A DNA stretch of 63,867 bases, filler included. It is 5 parts of 5 records of this genome, joined end to end, with 100 filler letters (N's around TTAATTAATTAA, not from the genome) between each part and the next. Parts side by side here need not be neighbours in the genome. Positions count along the whole stretch, not along the records: positions 1 to 16,396 come from SRR20825006_812; positions 16,497 to 29,517 come from SRR20825006_818; 3 more parts are not named here. One strand, written 5' to 3'. Below, in pieces: positions 8,943 through 18,682 of the stretch (positions are counted from its first letter, which is position 1; every line of letters starts with the position of its first letter). A program made the position numbers and the translations under genes. Under the pieces are notes generated by a model that was given only the letters and a program-made list of their open reading frames with translations, was not told where the DNA came from and made no database searches.

Positions 8943-10448
8943 CTAGCGTCGCGTCAGTTGGTTTCCTTGAGAAGCTAATTGAAGATGGCCATACAGAGTC
9001 TGGTCCTTCCGAACGAGGTAGAACTTGGCCTTGGAACCGCGTCGAATGTTGGGTTGGTCGAGGATCTCGGCCAAATCTTCCAGTCCGGCGGTTTGCCAAA
9101 CATGGATACCCAGCAGAACATCGCCAGCCGTGATGCCTTGTTCGCTGGCAGCGGAACCGGCACGGACATCGGTGACAATCAAACCGCCGCGATAGTTGGT
9201 TCGCAGTCGAGAATTCATGCGGCGAACGAATGACTCGCCCGCCGGTCGCACCGACACACCGACGACTTGCCAAGCGAGTGCCGCGGCCGGGTCACCGAAC
9301 TCTTGCGACGTCACCGCGGTCGCCAATTGAGTTTGAAAGAACTCACCGTCGCGTTCAAATTCCACTTGCATGGGATCGCCGGGGCCGAGTTCCAACACGG
9401 ACAATTCGTAATTCAGTGGATCAGCAATGTTTTGTTGATTGATTCGCACCAAGCGATCGCCCGTCTGCAAACCGGCTTGGTGAGCCGACCCGCCTTCGGA
9501 CAAACGGGTCACTTGCACGCCACCGCGAGAAACCGCGGATCCGTCCATTCCAATCACCATTCGGCGATTGTTGTGACGGTTGATCATCTCAGTGACGGTT
9601 TCGAGAACTTGATCGATTGGAATCGCAAATGCGATTTGCTGGGCACCAACACGAACGGCAACGTTGACGCCAATCATTTCGCCGTCGATGTTCAACAACG
9701 GGCCGCCGGAGTTCCCGGGATTGATGCCAGCACTGGTTTGAATCAGATCGCGATACTGTTGTGTCTCATTGACCGGCACATCACGGTGCAGGGCACTGAT
9801 GATGCCTTCGGTGCTGGTGTGCACATAACCAAACGCGTTGCCAATTGCGATGACCGTTTCACCGATCATCAGATCGTCGCTGTGTCCGCGAGGAATGGTC
9901 GGGAACGGGCCTTGGCCACGCAGTTTCACCAACGCTAAATCGCTTTGCGGATCCGATGCGATCAAGTCCGCCCGGGTGGCTTCGCCGTTGTGCAACGTCA
10001 CGTTGAGTTCGCTGACATCTTCGACCACGTGATAGTTCGTGATCACATAGCCGCGAGGATCGATGACAACCCCCGTGCCCATGCCATTGACTTGACGGAA
10101 CGAATCCGGTGCCCCGCCCGCCATGCTGGCTGCGGTCGTTCGGATCGTCTTTTGACCGTGCAAGTTCACCACCGATGGTGATGCACGACGAATCGCGGTC
10201 ACCGTAGGCGTTTCACGCAACGAACGCGATGACCGACCGGTCGATCGTGTGTCACGCACACTGGCTTCGCTGCTGCGGAAGCTGGTCGCCGTTACGCTTT
10301 GCAAATCATCGGCTCGCACCGATTCATCACCGCCGGTACCAACGGTCAATCCCGCCAGCAACCCCATCGACAGCAACACACCCATGGATGGGGAACGATG
10401 CGCCGACACGCCGTGACGTGTAGGCGAATGTTTTAGAAACCAACGCAT
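8943..10448 (-). CDS. HtrA/DegP-family serine protease with two PDZ domains
   Basis: GTGVVID, TNYHVV, DLALVK and INPGNSGGPL (His-Asp-Ser triad), plus an N-terminal hydrophobic segment. Start uncertain. Confidence 0.93.
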   Translation of the reverse strand: MRWFLKHSPTRHGVSAHRSPSMGVLLSMGLLAGLTVGTGGDESVRADDLQSVTATSFRSSEASVRDTRSTGRSSRSLRETPTVTAIRRASPSVVNLHGQKTIRTTAASMAGGAPDSFRQVNGMGTGVVIDPRGYVITNYHVVEDVSELNVTLHNGEATRADLIASDPQSDLALVKLRGQGPFPTIPRGHSDDLMIGETVIAIGNAFGYVHTSTEGIISALHRDVPVNETQQYRDLIQTSAGINPGNSGGPLLNIDGEMIGVNVAVRVGAQQIAFAIPIDQVLETVTEMINRHNNRRMVIGMDGSAVSRGGVQVTRLSEGGSAHQAGLQTGDRLVRINQQNIADPLNYELSVLELGPGDPMQVEFERDGEFFQTQLATAVTSQEFGDPAAALAWQVVGVSVRPAGESFVRRMNSRLRTNYRGGLIVTDVRAGSAASEQGITAGDVLLGIHVWQTAGLEDLAEILDQPNIRRGSKAKFYLVRKDQTLYGHLQLASQGNQLTRR

Positions 10449-10892
10449 GCAATCCCCGCACTCACGCAATCAAGCGGAAGTCATTGAAACAACCAGAACA
10501 ACACGCTGCCGAAAACAGAGCGTCGCTCCTGTGATGTCACTCGCCCGATCCGACAAAACGGAAGCAAGCGGAGTGACCGGTACGAGGGTTACCATCGGAC
10601 ATCGCCGCAAGGTCGCTTGATCAGTCAGAGACCGCGCCGCAAGGTTTGCCAAACTTCACATTCGGCGGAAAATCGAAGATTTGGTTGAAGCCAAATTCTC
10701 AAAAAACACATGCCATTGCGGTAAGAAAACCTCATCAAGGCCGCGAGACCGGTTGCGGTACGAGAGCGTTGCACGCCGGCCAATCGACTCGCCGGATCGC
10801 GTTCGTCAACGAATCACTTGGGTACGAGCGGATTGACTCACCTGTGACAGCGATTCGCTACGAAGGAGTGGCCAAACTTGAGCCAACTGCGC

Positions 10893-13100
10893 TCAATTGT
10901 CCAAAAAACTCAGGGGTCCATCGGGAGGTACCACACCGAGTCGACGTTGCCGGTCGGTTAGCTCCTGCGGCGAAGCTTTTGCGATTGGAAGCTCGACCTC
11001 AGGAAGCTCCTGCAGTGACTTGCCGGGGTTCGCATCCAACCAAGCCTCTTCAAACATCTTGAGCTGACGTCTGAGCGGAGGAGAGTTCGGGGTCAACTCA
11101 ACCGCCTTTCGCTGAGTCACGATCGCGGCGGGCAGATTCCCCACCGCGTAATAGCAACGACCACATGTATCCAGCAACGCGTCGCTGCCGGGGCTCATCT
11201 CCAACGACTCGATGCTGCGTTTGAGAGCTAGGTCATAATCGCCTTCGGTGTTGCTCACCAACCAAGCGTATTGGTTGTAGAAATTCGCCAACAACATTTC
11301 GCGAATCGCGGTTTGGCGTCCCGGACGACCGTTGCCGGTTTCGCGAAACGTTTGCTGCGTCTCATCGATGTCTTCATCGATCTCAGCCAATACCGATTCA
11401 ATTTGGCCGGTCACATCGACCTTCCATTCTTCATTCCAATCCAGGCGATACATCGCGATCAAAATATCAATGTTCTCCGGGTTCATTGAGAAAGCGTTTT
11501 GCATCCGTTCGCTGGCAGCCGCCGGATCGCCTTTGTTCGCCAAATCCAGTCCGGCCTGAAAATCCAAATGACTGCGGAGCGACTGATAATCAAAATCGTG
11601 AGCCATCAACTTGTGGCGAAAGTCGTCGTCTTTCTCCATCCGATCCACGAGCGGTTGCAACAAAGCGACCACTTCAGCAGGCTGCTGTAACTCCGCAAGA
11701 TGTTCGGACAACTCCCAACGGGCTGTCGTGGAATCCACATTGTGCAATGGCAATTCATCAATCAGTTTGCGGTACTCGGCCTGAGCCCAATCCGACAAAC
11801 CACGTTCGATCAGATTTGCCGCGATACGCAAGTGAGCCTTGGCATGACTTTCCAGCAGGACGGGATGCAATTGTGGTTGTTCTGGGTCTTCTGAATTGAC
11901 CACCGGGTTCAATGCCAACGCCTGTTCGGTTCGTTCAACAGCCAACTCCGGCTGCCCCGATTCCAACAACGCCTCGGCGGATGCGTACAACAACGAAGGC
12001 GATTTCTCGAACAGTGACTGATGCTTGGCATGCGCCGCTGTGATGACATCAAACAACCTGTGATCAATCGCCCACAATGCCGCATCGGTCAACTCTCGCG
12101 TGCGTGGCGGAATCACATCGATGTGCCGCGTAAAAAATCGTGAGGCATCGTCGATCTGTCCCAGCACGCGAGCCCTCTCCGCGTTCAACCAAGTCAATCG
12201 AAACATTTCATCGCCGCTGATCGTCGCTTCGGCAGCAATCGCACCACGAGCCGCGTTTTGTTCCGACGCACCTTCATCGATGTCCCAACTGGATTCCATC
12301 GCTTCGATCAGCTCGGCCCAGCCTTCCGGTTCGAAACGTCCGGATTCCAACTCGCTTGCGTACTGGAGCATCCACTGACCGCTGAACTCAGTGTCCTTGG
12401 CAAAGACTTGTTGCAAGTGCGTCACCATCAATGATCGATCGTAGGCGCTCAGTCCCAACCAATCGTCTCGCGAGCCCGCAGTATTCGCATCTGCATTTGC
12501 CGTGCTCCATTCGGAACGCAACTCATTCGTCGCCCGGACAGGTTGTGCTAATAAAGCCATCGCCGCAAAACGGCTGAGCTTGGGCTCGGGTTCATAACGA
12601 GTCAAACGCACCAGCGCGGGGAAAGCCTCCATCGTTGGAAGCGCCGCCAATCGTCCGATGCGTTGTCGGCGGGCCAAGACGGAACGGGAACCATATTCGT
12701 TGAGAATCTCTTGAACGATTGGCGAGTCCGTACTGACCGCCCAAGGCACCTCGACACCGCTGGTCAACTTGCGAGCCACAATCGCAATTTCGTTGTCGGG
12801 ATGGTCGCGGGCCTGTCGCAACGCGTCAAAAGCGGCCAAACCGATTCTCGACAATCGTTGACGGCAACGCACACGAGTCGCGTAACTTTGTGATCCCAAT
12901 CCCTCGATCAGTTCCGCGATTTCGTCGTCATCGACGACGGGCACCGTTCGAAGCCATTCGCTATCGGCCATCGCCGTGTTGCTGACAAACGATCCGCCAC
13001 CGGGCCCGAGCAAACCCGCCAATGGGACGAGCAGCGTGCTCCCCACCAGGAAGCAAATCACCATCTTCAGAGGTCGACGGGTGGGATTTTGGATTCGCAT
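10893..13100 (-). CDS. Exported HEAT/TPR-repeat protein (about 735 aa)
   Basis: Signal-like segment after MRIQNPTRR, an N-terminal HEAT-like unit, and C-terminal TPR motifs YNQYAWLV, LLDTCGRCYY and AVELTPN. The track's extra 166 N-terminal aa lie antisense to the 13326 gene. Confidence 0.85.
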   Translation of the reverse strand: MRIQNPTRRPLKMVICFLVGSTLLVPLAGLLGPGGGSFVSNTAMADSEWLRTVPVVDDDEIAELIEGLGSQSYATRVRCRQRLSRIGLAAFDALRQARDHPDNEIAIVARKLTSGVEVPWAVSTDSPIVQEILNEYGSRSVLARRQRIGRLAALPTMEAFPALVRLTRYEPEPKLSRFAAMALLAQPVRATNELRSEWSTANADANTAGSRDDWLGLSAYDRSLMVTHLQQVFAKDTEFSGQWMLQYASELESGRFEPEGWAELIEAMESSWDIDEGASEQNAARGAIAAEATISGDEMFRLTWLNAERARVLGQIDDASRFFTRHIDVIPPRTRELTDAALWAIDHRLFDVITAAHAKHQSLFEKSPSLLYASAEALLESGQPELAVERTEQALALNPVVNSEDPEQPQLHPVLLESHAKAHLRIAANLIERGLSDWAQAEYRKLIDELPLHNVDSTTARWELSEHLAELQQPAEVVALLQPLVDRMEKDDDFRHKLMAHDFDYQSLRSHLDFQAGLDLANKGDPAAASERMQNAFSMNPENIDILIAMYRLDWNEEWKVDVTGQIESVLAEIDEDIDETQQTFRETGNGRPGRQTAIREMLLANFYNQYAWLVSNTEGDYDLALKRSIESLEMSPGSDALLDTCGRCYYAVGNLPAAIVTQRKAVELTPNSPPLRRQLKMFEEAWLDANPGKSLQELPEVELPIAKASPQELTDRQRRLGVVPPDGPLSFLDN

Positions 13101-13325
13101 CGTTAGGACTTCGTGTGAACGAGAGAACCGGTCCAAAAAAATTCGCATTCCGAATTGTAGCAACCTGGGACGACCACACGGGGCTCTCACCCGTGACAAT
13201 TGACAGTGACATCTCCACTTTGGGTCAGACGCTTCAACGTTTTGTTTGATTCCCCCGGGGCAGACAATTAAGCTGCAACGGTCTGTTGTTGAACTATCCG
13301 CCTTTCGTACAGGGTCCCCGTCGCG

Positions 13326-14096
13326 ATGAAGATTCGCTTTGCCTCGCCACTTCTCCTTTTCGCTTTGGCGATTGGCTTTCTGACCGCCACTCAGACCAAT
13401 ACCGCCACCGCTCAATCTGCTGTCCTGGCAGAAATCTACGGTCGCGGTGTTCACGCCTACAACGCTGGAAACTACAGCAAGGCGTACGAATTGCTTTCGA
13501 TGGCGATCGATAACAACATCCGTGACCCCCGAGCGTATTACTTCCGTGGGCTGGCCGCCAACGCCAGCGGAATGGGATACGCCGAAGGTGATTGGCAAAC
13601 CGGTGCCGAGCTGGAAGCCCGCGGCGGCGACTCGCGATCAATCGGTCGCGCCTTGTCTCGAATTCAAGGCTCGCAGCGTCTGAAACTCGAACTCGTCCGC
13701 GAAAAGGCTCGTTTGCAAGCTCTCGCGACCGGCGCCGCCCGCTCGCAAATCCGTTCGAATGAGCTTTCCGCTCAAGGCCAGCCTTCCGCTCCTTCGCGAG
13801 CCCCGGCGATGCAACGTGGTGCCACGCCTCCACCCGCTCCCGCTTCGGACGACAATCCATTCGCGGACGATCTGGCCAATGAGGACGCCGTGGTCGAATC
13901 CAACGATGCATTCGAAGGTGCGATGGACAATCCGTTGGCCACCGAAGCTGCCCCCGCCGATGCGTCCGCTGCTCCCGCCGACGGTGGTGCCAGCCCGTTT
14001 GACGGTGGCGACGCACCGGCAGACCCGTTCGCGCCCGCTGGTGACGGTGACCCATTTGCCCCTACGGGCGATAACGATCCATTCAGCGGATTCTGA
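13326..14096 (+). CDS. Secreted TPR-like protein with an acidic DPF/NPF-repeat tail
   Basis: Signal peptide, YGRGVHAY..DPRAYYFRGLA TPR-like helices, and a tail with NPF, SPF and three DPF motifs. Confidence 0.85.
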   Translation: MKIRFASPLLLFALAIGFLTATQTNTATAQSAVLAEIYGRGVHAYNAGNYSKAYELLSMAIDNNIRDPRAYYFRGLAANASGMGYAEGDWQTGAELEARGGDSRSIGRALSRIQGSQRLKLELVREKARLQALATGAARSQIRSNELSAQGQPSAPSRAPAMQRGATPPPAPASDDNPFADDLANEDAVVESNDAFEGAMDNPLATEAAPADASAAPADGGASPFDGGDAPADPFAPAGDGDPFAPTGDNDPFSGF

Positions 14097-14237
14097 TTCA
14101 AGACAAAATCCGGTTTGAGAGGCACGTTGTATAGAAACGCGTGCCTCCTCGAGCTCGGATTCGTTGTTCCCACAATGATTCGCCGTCCGTAAAGTGTGTT
14201 CCCTCGAGCACCTTTCCTCCAAACGGTCGCGAATCCT

Positions 14238-15101
14238 GTGTCTCCCACCATCGAATCCATTTGCCAATCCCTTTCCGCAATCGCTCCATTGAAGCTGGCG
14301 GAAGAATGGGACAACGTTGGTCTGCTGTTGGGAGACCGCTCGGCGGAAGCCCACCGGATTCTGACCTGTTTGACAATCACTCCGGCGGTGGTCGAAGAAG
14401 CGACCGAGCTGGCGGCGAATCTGATCGTCGCCCATCACCCGTTGCCATTCAAACCGATGGCTCGGATCACGACCGATTCGGCCGCCTCAGCGATGGTTTG
14501 GAATTTGTGTCGAGCCGGAATCGCGGTTTACAGTGCCCACACCGCTTACGATTCCGCTCGATTGGGCATCAACGAACAGTGGGCAAATCGTCTCGATCTG
14601 ACCTCGATCAAGCCCCTGACTCCGTCGTTGGACGACCCATCGGTCGGTTCGGGCCGCTACGGCGAGCTTCCTGAGCCCATGACGGCGAGAGAGTTTTTGA
14701 GCTTTGCTGCAAAATCGTGCGGCTCAACTCGGCCTCGTTTGGTGGGCGATTTTGACCGTTCAATCCGGCGTGTTGCCATCGGTTGCGGCAGTGGAGGCTC
14801 GTTCGTTGGTGCCGCCCGCCGAAAGGGATGTGACGTGCTGTTGACCGGCGAAGCCACCCTGCACACGTGTTTGGAAGCGGAAAACACGGGATTAACGATG
14901 GCTCTGGTCGGACACCACGCCAGCGAACGCTTCGCCATGGAAACGCTGGCCGAACAGCTGCTCCGAGAGATCCAGCCTTTGCACGAAAACTTTGCCGGCG
15001 ACCAGGATTCTTCGCCACCGGACCCGTCGGGCAATTGGGTCCGTAGTAGCCAACACGAACGAGATCCGATCGCAGTTGACCCAATTTCCCTGAACCCGTA
15101 A
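14238..15101 (+). CDS. Nif3/DUF34-family dinuclear metal-centre protein
   Basis: WDNVGLLLG, AHHPLPF, YSAHTAYD, GCGSG, LTGE and GHHASE. GTG start at 14238. Confidence 0.93.
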   Translation: MSPTIESICQSLSAIAPLKLAEEWDNVGLLLGDRSAEAHRILTCLTITPAVVEEATELAANLIVAHHPLPFKPMARITTDSAASAMVWNLCRAGIAVYSAHTAYDSARLGINEQWANRLDLTSIKPLTPSLDDPSVGSGRYGELPEPMTAREFLSFAAKSCGSTRPRLVGDFDRSIRRVAIGCGSGGSFVGAARRKGCDVLLTGEATLHTCLEAENTGLTMALVGHHASERFAMETLAEQLLREIQPLHENFAGDQDSSPPDPSGNWVRSSQHERDPIAVDPISLNP

Positions 15102-15171
15102 CGTTGGAAGTTGGCATGGTTTACGCAAGCCGCACGCTTTCACACCCCCAATCGCACTGATTTGATCTTTT

Positions 15172-16396
<1,225 letters not shown>

Positions 16397-16496
16397 NNNN
16401 NNNNNNNNNNNNNNNNNNNNNNNNNNNNNNNNNNNNNNNNTTAATTAATTAANNNNNNNNNNNNNNNNNNNNNNNNNNNNNNNNNNNNNNNNNNNN
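16397..16496. other. Artificial contig-joining spacer
   Basis: N-run flanking TTAATTAATTAA (stops in all six frames). Taxon changes across it. Confidence 0.99.
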
Positions 16497-16533
16497 TACA
16501 AATCAGATGCTCTACCAACTGAGCTAAACCGGC
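16497..16533 (-). tRNA. tRNA-Thr(UGU), 5' half (truncated by contig end)
   Basis: The reverse complement reads GCCGGTTTAGCTCAGTTGGTAGAGCATCTGATTTGTA: acceptor stem, D-arm, anticodon stem TCTGA and anticodon TGT. Confidence 0.9.
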
Positions 16534-16549
16534 TATCAAAGTGCGCAGC

Positions 16550-16578
16550 GGAATATCGCGTTTCGACCCGATGGTCAA
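16550..16578 (-). promoter_or_regulatory. Sigma70-type promoter of the tRNA gene
   Basis: TTGACC-N17-TATTCC followed by a GC-rich discriminator, 16 nt upstream of the tRNA. Confidence 0.65.
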
Positions 16579-16646
16579 CGGGATCGCCGTTCGGTAAGGC
16601 AAGTTTCTGACCGGACTCACTTCCGGAAATGCCTATTCCCGTATTT

Positions 16647-17045
16647 TTATGGGTTTGAGACGATCAGGCGCGGCTTGGAAAAACGGGGCTGTGAGCCTGC
16701 GGCTACCACGGCTCGCGCGGCATCCACGAGACTCGTCACAGAAACTTTTTCCGAACAAAGATTATCCAGTGCCTGCGTTGCCCGCTGCAGCATGGAAATT
16801 TGAGTCTCGGAATATTCCGAGACTTTATGGTTCGGAGCCGCAGCTTCTTCAAAACGCGTGACGAGTTCGGATATCAAAACGGAGACATCCTGGATGGCGC
16901 GATCAAGCTCGGAGATGTCACCGTCACCGGCTTTCAATTGATGCAGCCTGACGTTCAGTTCGAGCAATGAGTATACCTGATGATGGCGCACATAAAGCTC
17001 GCGTCCGCGCGGGTCCCGACTGTTTAATTCTAAACTTTCGAGCAT
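16647..17045 (-). CDS. Hypothetical helical protein (132 aa)
   Basis: ORF with amphipathic helical composition. No family recognised. Confidence 0.6.
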   Translation of the reverse strand: MLESLELNSRDPRGRELYVRHHQVYSLLELNVRLHQLKAGDGDISELDRAIQDVSVLISELVTRFEEAAAPNHKVSEYSETQISMLQRATQALDNLCSEKVSVTSLVDAARAVVAAGSQPRFSKPRLIVSNP

Positions 17046-17531
17046 CTAATGACTCCAAGCCAAGCTGTGGCCATCGTTTAAATTCCGCCAGGCGTTGCCG
17101 CCACACGGCGTTCCAAATTACGTCTGTATGGATTTTAGGCAGCAAAACGTGAATCGCTCGTGAATCACCAGATAGGAAAATTGAGATAAAAACAGAGGGC
17201 TGGCGGAATGTGCTCTTTATGAGCTTTTTATGTTTTTATTTTGTTCTTATTTGCATATTTTATTATGTCGATATGCGCGCTAATTTTTCCTGAAATTTGT
17301 AATTTAAACGATGGCTCCAGCCGATTTGCATGAAATGGATTTAGGTCCCATATTTAATTGTGGCTTTTAGATCTGAAAGCCGATCTGGAAAGGATGTATC
17401 GTCCTTATCAATCAGCTGCGAGCCCTCATGCAGCATTGATTCCGTCGAACTTGATGCGGCTGTGTTTATCAATTCTTAAACCGAATGATGGATAAGGTCG
17501 CGTGCCCCCGGTTAGAAAGAGCGCTTAATTC

Positions 17532-18581
17532 ATGAGTGTCGATTTGCAGGACAAGAAGTCGAACAAGGCTGTGGTCGACGAGGATGCTCTCGACTCGCTG
17601 CATACCTTGCCGCTCTCGATCATCCCTTTGCAGACGCCCGGTCTAAAAAAAGCCTTCATGATCAAGAATGCGCGGTTGGAAAGCGCCATTGAGCTGTTTC
17701 GTGACGGCGTCTCGGGAAGCGGTCAGGTTGAGGCAAAGGAACTGCACGGATATTTTCAGGATGTTGGGGGGGCGTTGTCTCACGACCTCATCATTCTGGA
17801 AAAACTCTCTTCACTGGAATCGTTCGACGTCTATTCATTGCGTCTCGAATTGCGCAACCTGGATATCGGTTTCGAGGATTTTTCGGCACTGCAGCTCTCC
17901 GAAGCCAAGCGTGCTGAATTGACGGAATATATGCGCGCCTTCACACGGCCATTGATCCAGCGTGTTTATGGCGGAGATCAATCAGAAGAGATCAATGATG
18001 TCGGCGAGATCATCAAGATGGTGTCATCGCCGAACCGGAACGAGGCTGTGGCAAAGCTGAAACGCCTTGCCGAAGAATTGAATACAGAACTGACCGAGGT
18101 CCCTAAATTCCTTGAGCGGTATGGTGATATTTTCCTCTCGCTGTCGTATTTCCGGAATTGCCTCGACAAAATCATGCAGCAAATCCCGACCTTTATCTCC
18201 TGGATGGAAGAGCTGTACACCAATTACCAGATCCAGAATGATCGGAATCAGCTCAAGATTCTCAAGGAGATCGAGTCGGACCTGAACGAAATTTCGACGT
18301 CTCTCGTGGGCAGGTTTGAATATTTCAATCACCGATCCCACGATTTCTGGGACAATATTAGCGCTGATTCGTTCCAGTCTTTTCAGGAACTGGTTACCGC
18401 GCACCATGTCAGCATCGGTGCCGTTCTGTGCGGTCTTGCCGTAAAGATGAATCTCTACGAAGCCCGGTTCCCCAATCATGGCGGCGGGCCGGTGAAGCGG
18501 CTCGAGTTCATTAACTCAGAGATCAAGCCCGGTTTGCAACGCATCAAGGATATTGAGCAGAAGGTGGGTGCGGTAAAATAA
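17532..18581 (+). CDS. Conserved hypothetical helical protein (349 aa)
   Basis: Clean ORF with an RBS-like AAAGAG and coding-like codon usage. Motifs DSLHTLPLSIIPL, IKNARLE and LESFDVYSLR. Function unknown. Confidence 0.85.
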   Translation: MSVDLQDKKSNKAVVDEDALDSLHTLPLSIIPLQTPGLKKAFMIKNARLESAIELFRDGVSGSGQVEAKELHGYFQDVGGALSHDLIILEKLSSLESFDVYSLRLELRNLDIGFEDFSALQLSEAKRAELTEYMRAFTRPLIQRVYGGDQSEEINDVGEIIKMVSSPNRNEAVAKLKRLAEELNTELTEVPKFLERYGDIFLSLSYFRNCLDKIMQQIPTFISWMEELYTNYQIQNDRNQLKILKEIESDLNEISTSLVGRFEYFNHRSHDFWDNISADSFQSFQELVTAHHVSIGAVLCGLAVKMNLYEARFPNHGGGPVKRLEFINSEIKPGLQRIKDIEQKVGAVK

Positions 18582-18682
18582 AGGGAAGCACCCCCGTCCA
18601 AGGATAAAATCCCTCAAAATGAAGGCTGCCCGCAACGGTAAGTGGTAATGTCGGTCCTCTGCGGCTGAGGAATTTCTTTGAG

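Noticed and set aside
13101-13598. 901-aa version of the TPR protein
   Set aside because: The extra N-terminus is antisense to the well-supported 13326 gene; a signal peptide follows ATG 13100.
16397-16496. TTAATTAATTAA in N-runs (also at 29518, 45363 and 58743) as a biological repeat or CtrA site, and any cross-spacer gene linkage
   Set aside because: Identical artificial six-frame-stop linkers; composition and taxonomy change across each one.
16497-17500. Genomic island integrated at tRNA-Thr
   Set aside because: These genes lie on the tRNA's 5' side and its 3' end is off-contig; no integrase or att duplication is visible.
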